Of a DNA stretch of 64,000 bases, positions 15,959 through 30,400 are shown one piece after another. Location of the stretch: assembly GCF_009914755.1 (NCBI RefSeq), contig NC_060939.1; one strand, given 5' to 3'. The translations under genes were made by a program, and so were the position numbers. The stretch is from the human T2T-CHM13v2.0 reference genome, Homo sapiens. The notes beneath the pieces are model-generated. The model saw nothing but the letters and a program-made list of their open reading frames with translations, was not told where the DNA came from and ran no database searches. Numbering within the stretch: position 1 is the first letter of the stretch; every line of letters begins with the position of its first letter.

Positions 15959-18464
15959 GCAGCCAAGCCAGTGGGCCGCCCAGCCAGCCAAGCCAGCCAA
16001 GCCACCCAGCCAGCAAAGCCAGCCAAGCCACTCAGCCAGCCAAGCTGGCCAAGCCACCCAAACAGTCAAGCCAGCGAAGCCAACCATGCCAGTCAGCCAG
16101 CCAAGCTAGCCAGCCAGCCAAGCCAGCCAAGCCAGCCAGCCAAGCCAACCAGCCAGCCAAGCAAGCCATGCCAGCCAGCCATCCAAGCCAGCCAAGCCAG
16201 CCAAGCCAGCCAGCCAGCCAAGCCAGCCAAGCCAGCCAGCCACCCAGCCAGCAAAGCCAGCCAAGCCAGCCAGCCCCCCAAGCCAGCCAAGCCAGCCAGC
16301 CACCCTAGCCAGCCAAGCCACCCAAGCCAGCCAAGTCAGCCAAGCCACCCAGCCACCCAGCCTAGCCAGCCAAGCCAGCCAAGCCAGCCAGCCCCCCAAG
16401 CCAGCCAAGCCAGCCAGCCACCCTAGCCAGCCAAGCCACCCAAGCCAGCCAAGCCAGCCAAGCCACCCAGCCAGCCAAGCCAGACAGCCACCCAGCCTAG
16501 CCAGCCAAGCCACCCAAGCCAGCCAAGCCAGCCAAGCCACCCAGCCAGCCAAGCCAGACAGCCACCCAGCCAGCCAAGCCAGCCAAGCCACCCAGCCAGC
16601 CAAGCCAGCCAAGGCAGCCAGCCAGCCAAGCCAGCCAAGCCACCCAGACAGCCAAGCCAGCCAAGCCACCCAGACAGCCAAGCCAGCGAAGCCAGGCAAG
16701 CCAGCCAAGCCACCCAAGCCAGCCAAGCCAGCCAAGCCACCTAGCCAGCCAAGCCAGCGAAGCCACCCAGCCAGCCAAGCCAGCCAAGCCACCCAGACAG
16801 CCAAGCCAGCCAAGCCACCTAGCCAGCCAAGCCAGCGAAGCCACCCAGCCAGCCAAGCCAGCCAAGCCACCCCGCCAGCCAAGCCAGCCAGCCACCCAGC
16901 CAGCCAAGCCTGCCAAGCCACGCAGCCAGCCAAGCCACCCAGCCAGCCAAGCCAGCCAGCCACCCAGCCAGCCAAGCCAGCCAAACCACCCAGACAGCCA
17001 AGCCCGCCAGCCACCCAGTCAGCCAAGCCAGCCATGCCAGCCAGCCACACAAGACAGCCAGCCAGCCAAGCCAGCCAAGCCAGCCAGCCGTGTAAGCCAG
17101 CCCAGCCGGCCAGCCAATCCAGCCAAGCCACCCAGCGACCCAAGCCAGCCAAGCCAGCCAAGCCACCCAGCCAGCCAAGCCAGCCAGGCACCCAGTCAGC
17201 CAAGCCAGCCATGCCAGCTAGAAAGCCAAGACAGCCAGCCAGCCAAGGCAGCCAACCCACCCAGCCAGCCAAGCCAGCCAGCCAAGCTAGGCAAACCAGC
17301 CAGCCAGCCAAGGCGCCCAGCCAGCCAAGCCAGCCAAGCCAGCCCAGCCAGCCAGCCAGCAAAGGCAGCCAAGCCAGCCAGCCAGCCAAGCCAGCCAAGG
17401 CAGCCAAGCCAGCCCAGCCAGCCAGCCAGCCAAGCCGGGCAAGCCAGCCAGCGAGCCCAGCCAGCCCAGCCAGCCAAGCCGGGCAAGCCAGCCAGCGAGC
17501 CCAGCCAGCCCAGCCAGCCCAGCCAGTCAGCCAGCCAAACCAGACCACCAGCCAAGCCAGCCAGCCACCCAGCAAAGCCAGCCACCCAGCCAAGCCAGCC
17601 AAGAGAGCAAAGCCAGCCAAGCCAGTCAGTCAAGCCAGCCAAGCCAGCCAAGCCAGCCAACCAGCCAGACAGCCCAGCCAGCCAGCCAGCACAGGCAGCT
17701 AAGCCAGACAAGCCAGCCAACCAGCCAGACAGCCCAGCCAGCCAAGCCGGCCAAGCCAGCCAGTCAGCCAAGCAAGCCATGCCAGCCAGCCAGCCAAGCC
17801 GGCCAAGACAGCCAGCCAGCCAACCCAGCCAAGCCAGCCAAGCCTGCCAGCCAGCCAAGCCAGCCAAGCCACCCAAGCCAGCCAGCCAAGCCGACCAAGC
17901 CTGCCAAGCCAGTAAGCCAGAAAAGCCAGGCAAGCCTGCCAGCCGGCCAAGCCAGCCAAGCCAGCCAAGCCAGCCAAGCCAGCCAGCCAAGCCAGCCAAG
18001 CCAGCCAGCCAAGCCAGACAAGCCAGCCAGCCAGCCAAGCCAGCCAAGCCAGCCAAGCCAGCCAGCCAGCCAAGCCAGCCAAGCCACCCAGCCAGGCAAG
18101 CCAGCCAAGCCACCCAGCCAGCCAAGCCACCCAGCTGGCCAAGCCAGCCAGCCACCCAGCCAGCCAAACCAGCCAAGCGACCCAGCCAGCCAAGCCACCC
18201 AGCCAGCCAAGCCAGCCAGCCAGCCAGCCAAGCCAGCCAAGCCAATCAAGCAAGCCAAGCCAGCCAGCCAGCCAGGCCAGCCAAGCCACCTAGCCAGCCA
18301 AGCCAGCCAAGCCACCCAGCCAGCCAAGCCAGCCAAGCCACACAGCCAGCCAAGACACCCAGCCAGCCAAGCCCGCCAGCCACCCAGTCAGCCAAGCCAG
18401 CCATGCCAGCCAGCCAGCCAAGACAGCCAGCCAGCCAAGCCAACCAAGCCACCCAGCCAGCCAA

Positions 18465-18497
<33 letters not shown>

Positions 18498-20999
18498 GCA
18501 GCCAAGCCAGTGGGCCGCCCAGCCAGCCAAGCCAGCCAAGCCACCCAGCCAGCAAAGCCAGCCAAGCCACTCAGCCAGCCAAGCTGGCCAAGCCACCCAA
18601 ACAGTCAAGCCAGCGAAGCCAACCATGCCAGTCAGCCAGCCAAGCCAGCCAGCCAGCCAAGCCAGCCAAGCAACCCAGCCAAGCCAACCAGCCAGCCAAG
18701 CAAGCCAAGCCCCCCAAGCCACCCAGCCAGCCACCCTAGCCAGCCAAGCCACCCAAGCCAGCCAAGCCAGACAAGCCACCCAGCCAGCCACCCTAGCCAG
18801 CCAAGCCACCTAAACCAGCCAAGCCAGCCAAGCCACCCAGCCACCCAGCCTAGCCAGCCAAGCCACCCAAGCCAGCCAAGCCAGCCAAGCCACCCAGCCA
18901 CCCAGCCTAGCCAGCCAAGCCAGCCAAGCCAGCCAGCCCCCCAAGCCAGCCAAGCCAGCCAGCCACCCTAGCCAGCCAAGCCACCCAAGCCAGCCAAGCC
19001 AGCCAAGCCACCCAGCCAGCCAAGCCAGACAGCCACCCAGCCTAGCCAGCCAAGCCACCCAAGCCAGCCAAGCCAGCCAGGCACCCAGTCAGCCAGCCAA
19101 GCCAGCCATGCCACCTAGAAAGCCAAGACAGCCAGCCAGCCAAGGCAGCCAACCCACCCAGCCAGCCAAGCCAGCCAGCCAAGCTAGGCCAACCAGCCAG
19201 CCAGCCAAGCCACCCAGCCAGCCAAGCCAGCCAAGCCAGCCCAGCCAGCCAGCCAGCAAAGCCAGCCAAGCCAGCCAGCCAGCCAAGCCAGCCAAGGCAG
19301 CCAAGCCAGCCCAGCCAGCCAGCCAGCCAAGCCAGGCAAGCCAGCCAGCGAGCCCAGCCAGCCCAGCCAGCCAAGCCGGGCAAGCCAGCCAGCGAGCCCA
19401 GCCAGCCCAGCCAGTCAGCCAGCCAAACCAGACCACCAGCCAAGCCAGCCAGCCACCCAGCAAAGCCAGCCACCCAGCCAAGCCAGCCAAGAGAGCAAAG
19501 CCAGCCAAGCCGGTCAGTCAAGCCAGCCAAGCCAGCCAAGCCAGCCAACCAGCCAGACAGCCCAGCCAGCCAGCCAGCACAGGCAGCTAAGCCAGACAAG
19601 CCAGCCAACCAGCCAGACAGCCCAGCCAGCCAGCCAGCACAGGCAGCCAAGCAAGCCATGCCAGCCAGCCAGCCAAGCCGGCCAAGACAGCCAGCCAGCC
19701 AACCCAGCCAAGCCAGCCAAGCCTGCCAGCCAGCCAAGCCAGCCAAGCCACCCAAGCCAGCCAGCCAAGCCGACCAAGCCAGCCAAGCCAGTAAGCCAGC
19801 CAAGCCAGCCAAGCCAGCCAGCCAGCCAAGCCAGCCAAGCCACCCAGCCAGGCAAGCCAGCCAAGCCACCCAGCCAGCCAAGCCACCCAGCCAGCAAAGC
19901 CAGCCAAGCCACTCAGCCAGCCAAGCTGGCCAAGCCACCCAAACAGTCAAGCCAGCGAAGCCAACCATGCCAGTCAGCCAGCCAAGCCAGCCAGCCAGCC
20001 AAGCCAGCCAAGCCAGCCAGCCAAGCCAACCAGCCAGCCAAGCAAGCCAAGCCAGCCAGCCATCCAAGCCAGCCAAGCCAGCCAAGCCAGCCAGCCAGCC
20101 AAGCCAGCCAAGCCAGCCAGCCACCCAGCCAGCAAAGCCAGCCAAGCCAGCCAGCCCCCCAAGCCAGCCAAGCCAGCCAGCCACCCTAGCCAGCCAAGTC
20201 ACCCAAGCCAGCCAAGCCAGCCAAGCCACCCAGCCACCCAGCCTAGCCAGCCAAGCCAGCCAAGCCAGCCAAGCCAGCCAGCCCCCCAAGCCAGCCAAGC
20301 CAGCCAGCCACCCTAGCCAGCCAAGCCACCCAAGCCAGCCAAGCCAGCCAAGCCACCCAGCCAGCCAAGCCAGACAGCCACCCAGCCTAGCCAGCCAAGC
20401 CACCCAAGCCAGCCAAGCCAGCCAAGCCACCCAGCCAGCCAAGCCAGACAGCCACCCAGCCAGCCAAGCCAGCCAAGCCACCCAGCCAGCCAAGCCAGCC
20501 AAGGAAGCCAGCCAGCCAAGCCAGCCAAGCCACCCAGACAGCCAAGCCAGCCAAGCCACCCAGACAGCCAAGCCAGCGAAGCCAGGCAAGCCAGCCAAGC
20601 CACCCAAGCCAGCCAAGCCAGCCAAGCCACCTAGCCAGCCAAGCCAGCGAAGCCACCCAGCCAGCCAAGCCAGCCAAGCCACCCAGACAGCCAAGCCAGC
20701 CAAGCCACCTAGCCAGCCAAGCCAGCGAAGCCACCCAGCCAGCCAAGCCAGCCAGCCAGCCAGCCAAGCCAGCCAAGCCAATCAAGCAAGCCAGCCAGCC
20801 AGCCAGCCAGGCCAGCCAAGCCACCTAGCCAGCCAAGCCAGCCAAGCCACCCAGCCAGCCAAGCCAGCCAAGCCACACAGCCAGCCAAGACACCCAGCCA
20901 GCCAAGCCCGCCAGCCACCCAGTCAGCCAAGCCAGCCATGCCAGCCAGCCAGCCAAGACAGCCAGCCAGCCAAGCCAACCAAGCCACCCAGCCAGCCAA

Positions 21000-21032
<33 letters not shown>

Positions 21033-23583
21033 GCAGCCAAGCCAGTGGGCCGCCCAGCCAGCCAAGCCAGCCAAGCCACCCAGCCAGCAAAGCCAGCCAA
21101 GCCACTCAGCCAGCCAAGCTGGCCAAGCCACCCAAACAGTCAAGCCAGCGAAGCCAACCATGCCAGTCAGCCAGCCAAGCCAGCCAGCCAGCCCAGCCGG
21201 CCAAGCCAGCCAGCCAAGCCACCCAGCCACCCAAGCCAGCCAAGCCAGCCAAGCCACCCAGCCAGCCAAGCCAGCCAGGCACCCAGTCAGCCAAGCCAGC
21301 CATGCCAGCTAGAAAGCCAAGACAGCCAGCCAGCCAAGGCAGCCAACCCACCCAGCCAGCCAAGCCAGCCAGCCAAGCTAGGCAAACCAGCCAGCCAGCC
21401 AAGCCACCCAGCCAGCCAAGCCAGCCAAGCCAGCCCAGCCAGCCAGCCGGCAAAGCCGGGCAAGCCAGCCAGCGAGCCCAGCCAGCCCAGCCAGCCAAGC
21501 CGGGCAAGCCAGCCAGCGAGCCCAGCCAGCCCAGCCAGTCAGCCAGCCAAACCAGACCACCAGCCAAGCCAGCCAGCCACCCAGCAAAGCCAGCCACCCA
21601 GCCAAGCCAGCCAAGAGAGCAAAGCCAGCCAAGCCGGTCAGTCAAGCCAGCCAAGCCAGCCAAGCCAGCCAACCAGCCAGACAGCCCAGCCAGCCAGCCA
21701 GCACAGGCAGCTAAGCCAGACAAGCCAGCCAACCAGCCAGACAGCCCAGCCAGCCAGCCAGCACAGGCAGCCAAGCAAGCCAAGCCGGCCAAGACAGCCA
21801 GCCAGCCAACCCAGCCAAGCCAGCCAAGCCAGCCCAGCCAGCCAGCCAGCAAAGCCAGCCAAGCCAGCCAGCCAGCCAAGCCAGCCAAGGCAGCCAAGCC
21901 AGCCCAGCCAGCCAGCCAGCCAAGCCAGGCAAGCCAGCCAGCGAGCCCAGCCAGCCCAGCCAGCCAAGCCGGGCAAGCCAGCCAGCGAGCCCAGCCAGCC
22001 CAGCCAGTCAGCCAGCCAAACCAGACCACCAGCCAAGCCAGCCAGCCACCCAGCAAAGCCAGCCACCCAGCCAAGCCAGCCAAGAGAGCAAAGCCAGCCA
22101 AGCCGGTCAGTCAAGCCAGCCAAGCCAGCCAAGCCAGCCAACCAGCCAGACAGCCCAGCCAGCCAGCCAGCACAGGCAGCTAAGCCAGACAAGCCAGCCA
22201 ACCAGCCAGACAGCCCAGCCAGCCAGCCAGCACAGGCAGCCAAGCAAGCCATGCCAGCCAGCCAGCCAAGCCGGCCAAGACAGCCAGCCAGCCAACCCAG
22301 CCAAGCCAGCCAAGCCTGCCAGCCAGCCAAGCCAGCCAAGCCACCCAAGCCAGCCAGCCAAGCCGACCAAGCCAGCCAAGCCAGTAAGCCAGCCAAGCCA
22401 GCCAAGCCAGCCAGCCAGCCAAGCCAGCCAAGCCACCCAGCCAGGCAAGCCAGCCAAGCCACCCAGCCAGCCAAGCCACCCAGCCAGCAAAGCCAGCCAA
22501 GCCACTCAGCCAGCCAAGCTGGCCAAGCCACCCAAACAGTCAAGCCAGCGAAGCCAACCATGCCAGTCAGCCAGCCAAGCCAGCCAGCCAGCCAAGCCAG
22601 CCAAGCCAGCCAGCCAAGCCAACCAGCCAGCCAAGCAAGCCAAGCCAGCCAGCCATCCAAGCCAGCCAAGCCAGCCAAGCCAGCCAGCCAGCCAAGCCAG
22701 CCAAGCCAGCCAGCCACCCAGCCAGCAAAGCCAGCCAAGCCAGCCAGCCCCCCAAGCCAGCCAAGCCAGCCAGCCACCCTAGCCAGCCAAGTCACCCAAG
22801 CCAGCCAAGCCAGCCAAGCCACCCAGCCACCCAGCCTAGCCAGCCAAGCCAGCCAAGCCAGCCAGCCCCCCAAGCCAGCCAAGCCAGCCAGCCACCCTAG
22901 CCAGCCAAGCCACCCAAGCCAGCCAAGCCAGCCAAGCCACCCAGCCAGCCAAGCCAGACAGCCACCCAGCCTAGCCAGCCAAGCCACCCAAGCCAGCCAA
23001 GCCAGCCAAGCCACCCAGCCAGCCAAGCCAGACAGCCACCCAGCCAGCCAAGCCAGCCAAGCCACCCAGCCAGCCAAGCCAGCCAAGGAAGCCAGCCAGC
23101 CAAGCCAGCCAAGCCACCCAGACAGCCAAGCCAGCCAAGCCACCCAGACAGCCAAGCCAGCGAAGCCAGGCAAGCCAGCCAAGCCACCCAAGCCAGCCAA
23201 GCCAGCCAAGCCACCTAGCCAGCCAAGCCAGCGAAGCCACCCAGCCAGCCAAGCCAGCCAAGCCACCCAGACAGCCAAGCCAGCCAAGCCACCTAGCCAG
23301 CCAAGCCAGCGAAGCCACCCAGCCAGCCAAGCCAGCCAGCCAGCCAGCCAAGCCAGCCAAGCCAATCAAGCAAGCCAGCCAGCCAGCCAGCCAGGCCAGC
23401 CAAGCCACCTAGCCAGCCAAGCCAGCCAAGCCACCCAGCCAGCCAAGCCAGCCAAGCCACACAGCCAGCCAAGACACCCAGCCAGCCAAGCCCGCCAGCC
23501 ACCCAGTCAGCCAAGCCAGCCATGCCAGCCAGCCAGCCAAGACAGCCAGCCAGCCAAGCCAACCAAGCCACCCAGCCAGCCAA

Positions 23584-23616
<33 letters not shown>

Positions 23617-25012
23617 GCAGCCAAGCCAGTGGGCCGCCCAGCCAGCCAAGCCAGCCAAGCCACCCAGCCAGCAAAGCCAGCCAAGCCACTCAGCCAGCCA
23701 AGCTGGCCAAGCCACCCAAACAGTCAAGCCAGCGAAGCCAACCATGCCAGTCAGCCAGCCAAGCCAGCCAGCCAGCCCAGCCGGCCAAGCCAGCCAGCCA
23801 AGCCACCCAGCCACCCAAGCCAGCCAAGCCAGCCAAGCCACCCAGCCAGCCAAGCCAGCCAGGCACCCAGTCAGCCAAGCCAGCCATGCCAGCTAGAAAG
23901 CCAAGACAGCCAGCCAGCCAAGGCAGCCAACCCACCCAGCCAGCCAAGCCAGCCAGCCAAGCTAGGCAAACCAGCCAGCCAGCCAAGCCACCCAGCCAGC
24001 CAAGCCAGCCCAGCCAGCCCAGCCAGCCAGCCGGCAAAGCCGGGCAAGCCAGCCAGCGAGCCCAGCCAGCCCAGCCAGCCAAGCCGGGCAAGCCAGCCAG
24101 CGAGCCCAGCCAGCCCAGCCAGTCAGCCAGCCAAACCAGACCACCAGCCAAGCCAGCCAGCCACCCAGCAAAGCCAGCCACCCAGCCAAGCCAGCCAAGA
24201 GAGCAAAGCCAGCCAAGCCGGTCAGTCAAGCCAGCCAAGCCAGCCAAGCCAGCCAACCAGCCAGACAGCCCAGCCAGCCAGCCAGCACAGGCAGCTAAGC
24301 CAGACAAGCCAGCCAACCAGCCAGACAGCCCAGCCAGCCAGCCAGCACAGGCAGCCAAGCAAGCCAAGCCGGCCAAGACAGCCAGCCAGCCAACCCAGCC
24401 AAGCCAGCCAAGCCTGTCAGCCAGCCAAGCCAGCCAAGCCACCCAAGCCAGCCAGCCAAGCCGACCAAGCCAGCCAAGCCAGTAAGCCAGAAAAGCCAGG
24501 CAAGCCTGCCAGCCGGCCAAGCCGGCCAAGCCAGCCAAGCCAGCCAAGCCAGCCAGCCAAGCCAGACAAGCCAGCCAGCCAGCCAAGCCAGCCAAGCCAG
24601 CCAAGCCAGCCAGCCAGCCAAGCCAGCCAAGCCACCCAGCCAGGCAAGCCAGCCAAGCCACCCAGCCAGCCAAGCCACCCAGCTGGCCAAGCCAGCCAGC
24701 CACCCAGCCAGCCAAACCAGCCAAGCGACCCAGCCAGCCAAGCCACCCAGCCAGCCAAGCCAGCCAGCCAGCCAGCCAAGCCAGCCAAGCCAATCAAGCA
24801 AGCCAAGCCAGCCAGCCAGCCAGGCCAGCCAAGCCACCTAGCCAGCCAAGCCAGCCAAGCCACCCAGCCAGCCAAGCCAGCCAAGCCACACAGCCAGCCA
24901 AGACACCCAGCCAGCCAAGCCCGCCAGCCACCCAGTCAGCCAAGCCAGCCATGCCAGCCAGCCAGCCAAGACAGCCAGCCAGCCAAGCCAACCAAGCCAC
25001 CCAGCCAGCCAA

Positions 25013-25045
<33 letters not shown>

Positions 25046-27466
25046 GCAGCCAAGCCAGTGGGCCGCCCAGCCAGCCAAGCCAGCCAAGCCACCCAGCCAG
25101 CAAAGCCAGCCAAGCCACTCAGCCAGCCAAGCTGGCCAAGCCACCCAAACAGTCAAGCCAGCGAAGCCAACCATGCCAGTCAGCCAGCCAAGCCAGCCAG
25201 CCAGCCAAGCCAGCCAAGCAACCCAGCCAAGCCAACCAGCCAGCCAAGCAAGCCAAGCCCCCCAAGCCACCCAGCCAGCCACCCTAGCCAGCCAAGCCAC
25301 CCAAGCCAGCCAAGCCAGACAAGCCACCCAGCTGGCCACCCTAGCCAGCCAAGCCACCTAAACCAGCCAAGCCAGCCAAGCCACCCAGCCACCCAGCCTA
25401 GCCAGCCAAGCCACCCAAGCCAGCCAAGCCAGCCAAGCCACCCAGCCACCCAGCCTAGCCAGCCAAGCCAGCCAAGCCAGCCAGCCCCCCAAGCCAGCCA
25501 AGCCAGCCAGCCACCCTAGCCAGCCAAGCCACCCAAGCCAGCCAAGCCAGCCAAGCCACCCAGCCACCCAGCCTAGCCAGCCAAGCCAGCCAAGCCAGCC
25601 AGCCCCCAAAGCCAGCCAAGCCAGCCAGCCACCCTAGCGAGCCAAGCCACCCAAGCCAGCCAAGCCAGCCAAGCCACCCAGCCAGCCAAGCCAGACAGCC
25701 ACCCAGCCTAGCCAGCCAAGCCACCCAAGCCAGCCAAGCCAGCCAAGCCACCCAGCCAGCCAAGCCAGACAGCCACCCAGCCAGCCAAGCCAGCCAAGCC
25801 ACCCAGCCAGCCAAGCCAGCCAAGGAAGCCAGCCAGCCAAGCCAGCCAAGCCACCCAGACAGCCAAGCCAGCCAAGCCACCCAGACAGCCAAGCCAGCGA
25901 AGCCAGGCAAGCCAGCCAAGCCACCCAAGCCAGCCAAGCCAGCCAAGCCACCTAGCCAGCCAAGCCAGCCAAGCCACCCAGACAGCCAAGCCAGCCAAGC
26001 CACCTAGCCAGCCAAGCCAGCGAAGCCACCCAGCCAGCCAAGCCAGCCAAGCCACCCAGCCAGCCAAGCCAGCCAGCCACCCAGCCAGCCAAGCCTGCCA
26101 AGCCACGCAGCCAGCCAAGCCACCCAGCCAGCCAAGCCAGCCAGCCACCCAGCCAGCCAAGCCAGCCAAACCACCCAGACAGCCAAGCCCGCCAGCCACC
26201 CAGTCAGCCAAGCCAGCCATGCCAGCCAGCCACACAAGACAGCCAGCCAGCCAAGCCAGCCAAGCCAGCCAGCCGTGTAAACCAGCCCAGCCGGCCAGCC
26301 AATCCAGCCAAGCCACCCAGCCACCCAAGCCAGCCAAGCCAGCCAAGCCACCCAGCCAGCCAAGCCAGCCAGGCACCCAGTCAGCCAAGCCAGCCATGCC
26401 AGCTAGAAAGCCAAGACAGCCAGCCAGCCAAGGCAGCCAACCCACTCAGCCAACCAAGCCAGCCAGCCAAGCTAGGCAAACCAGCCAGCCAGCCAAGCCA
26501 CCCAGCCAGCCAAGCCAGCCAAGCCAGCCCAGCCAGCCAGCCAGCAAAGCCAGCCAAGCCAGCCAGCCAGCCAAGCCAGCCAAGGCAGCCAAGCCAGCCC
26601 AGCCAGCCAGCCAGCCAAGCCGGGCAAGCCAGCCAGCGAGCCCAGCCAGCCCAGCCAGCCCAGCCGGGCAAGCCAGCCAGCGAGCCCAGCCAGCCCAGCC
26701 AGTCAGCCAGCCAAACCAGACCACCAGCCAAGCCAGCCAGCCACCCAGCAAAGCCAGCCACCCAGCCAAGCCAGCCAAGAGAGCAAAGCCAGCCAAGCCG
26801 GTCAGTCAAGCCAGCCAAGCCAGCCAAGCCAGCCAACCAGCCAGACAGCCCAGCCAGCCAGACAGCACAGGCAGCTAAGCCAGACAAGCCAGCCAACCAG
26901 CCAGACAGCCCAGCCAGCCAGCCAGCACAGGCAGCCAAGCAAGCCATGCCAGCCAGCCAGCCAAGCCGGCCAAGACAGCCAGCCAGCCAACCCAGCCAAG
27001 CCAGCCAAGCCTGCCAGCCAGCCAAGCCAGCCAAGCCACCCAAGCCAGCCAGCCAAGCCGACCAAGCCAGCCAAGCCAGTAAGCCAGCCAAGCCAGCCAA
27101 GCCAGCCAGCCAGCCAAGCCAGCCAAGCCACCCAGCCAGGCAAGCCAGCCAAGCCACCCAGCCGGCCAAGCCACCCTGCTGGCCAAGCCAGCCAAGCCAC
27201 CCAGCCAGCCAAGCCAGCCAGCCAGCCAGCCAAGCCAGCCAAGCCAATCAAGCAAGCCAAGCCAGCCAGCCAGCCAGGCCAGCCAAGCCACCTAGCCAGC
27301 CAAGCCAGCCAAGCCACCCAGCCAGCCAAGCCAGCCAAGCCACACAGCCAGCCAAGACACCCAGCCAGCCAAGCCCGCCAGCCACCCAGTCAGCCAAGCC
27401 AGCCATGCCAGCCAGCCAGCCAAGACAGCCAGCCAGCCAAGCCAACCAAGCCACCCAGCCAGCCAA

Positions 27467-27499
<33 letters not shown>

Positions 27500-30400
27500 G
27501 CAGCCAAGCCAGTGGGCCGCCCAGCCAGCCAAGCCAGCCAAGCCACCCAGCCAGCAAAGCCAGCCAAGCCACTCAGCCAGCCAAGCTGGCCAAGCCACCC
27601 AAACAGTCAAGCCAGCGAAGCCAACCATGCCAGTCAGCCAGCCAAGCCAGCCAGCCAGCCCAGCCGGCCAAGCCAGCCAGCCAAGCCACCCAGCCACCCA
27701 AGCCAGCCAAGCCAGCCAAGCCACCCAGCCAGCCAAGCCAGCCAGGCACCCAGTCAGCCAAGCCAGCCATGCCAGCTAGAAAGCCAAGACAGCCAGCCAG
27801 CCAAGGCAGCCAACCCACCCAGCCAGCCAAGCCAGCCAGCCAAGCTAGGCAAACCAGCCAGCCAGCCAAGCCACCCAGCCAGCCAAGCCAGCCAAGCCAG
27901 CCCAGCCAGCCAGCCAGCAAAGCCGGGCAAGCCAGCCAGCGAGCCCAGCCAGCCCAGCCAGCCAAGCTGGGCAAGCCAGCCAGCGAGCCCAGCCAGCCCA
28001 GCCAGTCAGCCAGCCAAACCAGACCACCAGCCAAGCCAGCCAGCCACCCAGCAAAGCCAGCCACCCAGCCAAGCCAGCCAAGAGAGCAAAGCCAGCCAAG
28101 CCGGTCAGTCAAGCCAGCCAAGCCAGCCAAGCCAGCCAACCAGCCAGACAGCCCAGCCAGCCAGCCAGCACAGGCAGCTAAGCCAGACAAGCCAGCCAAC
28201 CAGCCAGACAGCCCAGCCAGCCAGCCAGCACAGGCAGCCAAGCAAGCCAAGCCGGCCAAGACAGCCAGCCAGCCAACCCAGCCAAGCCAGCCAAGCCTGC
28301 CAGCCAGCCAAGCCAGCCAAGCCACCCAAGCCAGCCAGCCAAGCCGACCAAGCCAGCCAAGCCAGTAAGCCAGAAAAGCCAGGCAAGCCTGCCAGCCGGC
28401 CAAGCCAGCCAAGCCAGCCAAGCCAGCCAAGCCAGCCAGCCAAGCCAGACAAGCCAGCCAGCCAGCCAAGCCAGCCAAGCCAGCCAGCCAAGCCAGCGAA
28501 GCCAACCATGCCAGTCAGCCAGCCAAGCCAGCCAGCCAGCCAAGCCAGCCAAGCCAGCCAGCCAAGCCAACCAGCCAGCCAAGCAAGCCAAGCCAGCCAG
28601 CCATCCAAGCCAGCCAAGCCAGCCAAGCCAGCCAGCCAGCCAAGCCAGCCAAGCCAGCCAGCCACCCAGCCAGCAAAGCCAGCCAAGCCAGCCAGCCCCC
28701 CAAGCCAGCCAAGCCAGCCAGCCACCCTAGCCAGCAAAGCCACCCAAGCCAGCCAAGCCAGCCAAGCCACCCAGCCACCCAGCCTAGCCAGCCAAGCCAG
28801 CCAAGCCAGCCAAGCCAGCCAGCCCCCTAAGCCACCCAGCCAGCCACCCTAGCCAGCCAAGCCACCCAAGCCAGCCAAGCCAGCCAAGCCACCCAGCCAG
28901 CCACCCTAGCCAGCCAAGCCACCCAAGCCACCCAAGCCAGCCAAGCCACCCAGCCACCCAGCCTAGCCAGCCAAGCCACCCAAGCCAGCCAAGCCAGCCA
29001 AGCCACCCAGCCACCCAGCCTAGCCAGCCAAGCCAGCCAAGCCAGCCAGCCCCCCAAGCCAGCCAAGCCAGCCAGCCACCCTAGCCAGCCAAGCCACCCA
29101 AGCCAGCCAAGCCAGCCAAGCCAACCTGCCAGCCAAGCCAGACAGCCACCCAGCCTAGCCAGCCAAGCCACCCAAGCCAGCCAAGCCAGCCAGGCACCCA
29201 GTCAGCCAGCCAAGCCAGCCATGCCAGCTAGAAAGCCAAGACAGCCAGCCAGCCAAGCCAGTCAAGCCACCCAGCCAGCCAAGCCAGCCAGCCACCCAGC
29301 CAGCCAAGCCAGCCAGCCACCGAGGCAGCCAAGCCAGCCAGCCAACCAAGCCGGCCAAGCCACCCAGCCATCCAAGCCGGCCAAGCCACCCAAACAGTCA
29401 AGCCAGCGAAGCCAGCCAAGCCAGTCAGCCAGCGAAGCCAACCAAGCCAGCCAGCCAGCCAAGCCACCCAGACAGCCAAGCAAGCCAAGCCAGCCAGCCA
29501 TCCAAGCCAGCCAAGCCAGCCAAGCCAGCCCGCCCACCAACCCAGCCAAGCCACCCATCCAGCCAAGCCAGCTAGCCAGCCAAGCCACCCAAACCAGCCA
29601 AGCCAGCCAGCCATCCAAGCCAGCCAAGCCAGCCAGCCAGCCTAGCCAGCCAAGACACCCAAGCCAGCCAAGCCAGCCAAGACACCCAGCTGGCCAAGCC
29701 AGCCAGCCACCCAGCCAGCCAAGCCAGCCAAGCCAGCCAAGCCAGGCAAGCTAGCCAAGCCAGCCAAGCCAGCCAGCCAGCCAAGCCAGCCTAGCCACCC
29801 ATCCTGCCAAGCCAGCCAAGCCACCCAGCCAGCCAAGCCACCCAAGCCACCCAGCCAGCCAAGCCAGTCAAGCCACCCAGCCGGACAAGCCGGCCAAGCC
29901 AGCCAGCCAGCCAAGCCGGCCAAGCCTGCCAGCCAGCCAAGCCGGCCAAACCAGGCAAGCCAGCCAATCCAGCCAAGCCTGCCAGAGAGCCAATCCAGCC
30001 AAGCCTGCCAGAGAGCCAAGCCAGCCAAGCCAGCCAAGCCACCCAGCCAGCCAAGTCAGCCAGCCACCCAGCCAGCCAAGCCAGCCAGCCACCCAGGCCG
30101 GCCAAGCCAGCCAGCCAGCCAAGCCGGCCAAGCCACCCAGCCAGCCAAGCCGGTCAAGCCACCTAGTCAGCCAAGCCAGCCATGCCAGCCAGCCAGCCAA
30201 GACAGCCAGCCAGCCAAGCCACCCAAGCCACCCAGCCAGCCAAGCGAGCCAGCCATGCTAGCCAAGCCAGCCAGCCAGCCAAGCCATCCAGGCCAGCCAA
30301 TCCAGCCAAGCCTGCCAGCCAGCCAAGGTAGCCAAGCCAGCCATTCCAGCCAAGCCTGCCAGCCAGCCAAGCCAGCCAAGCCAGCCAGCCAGCCAGCCAA

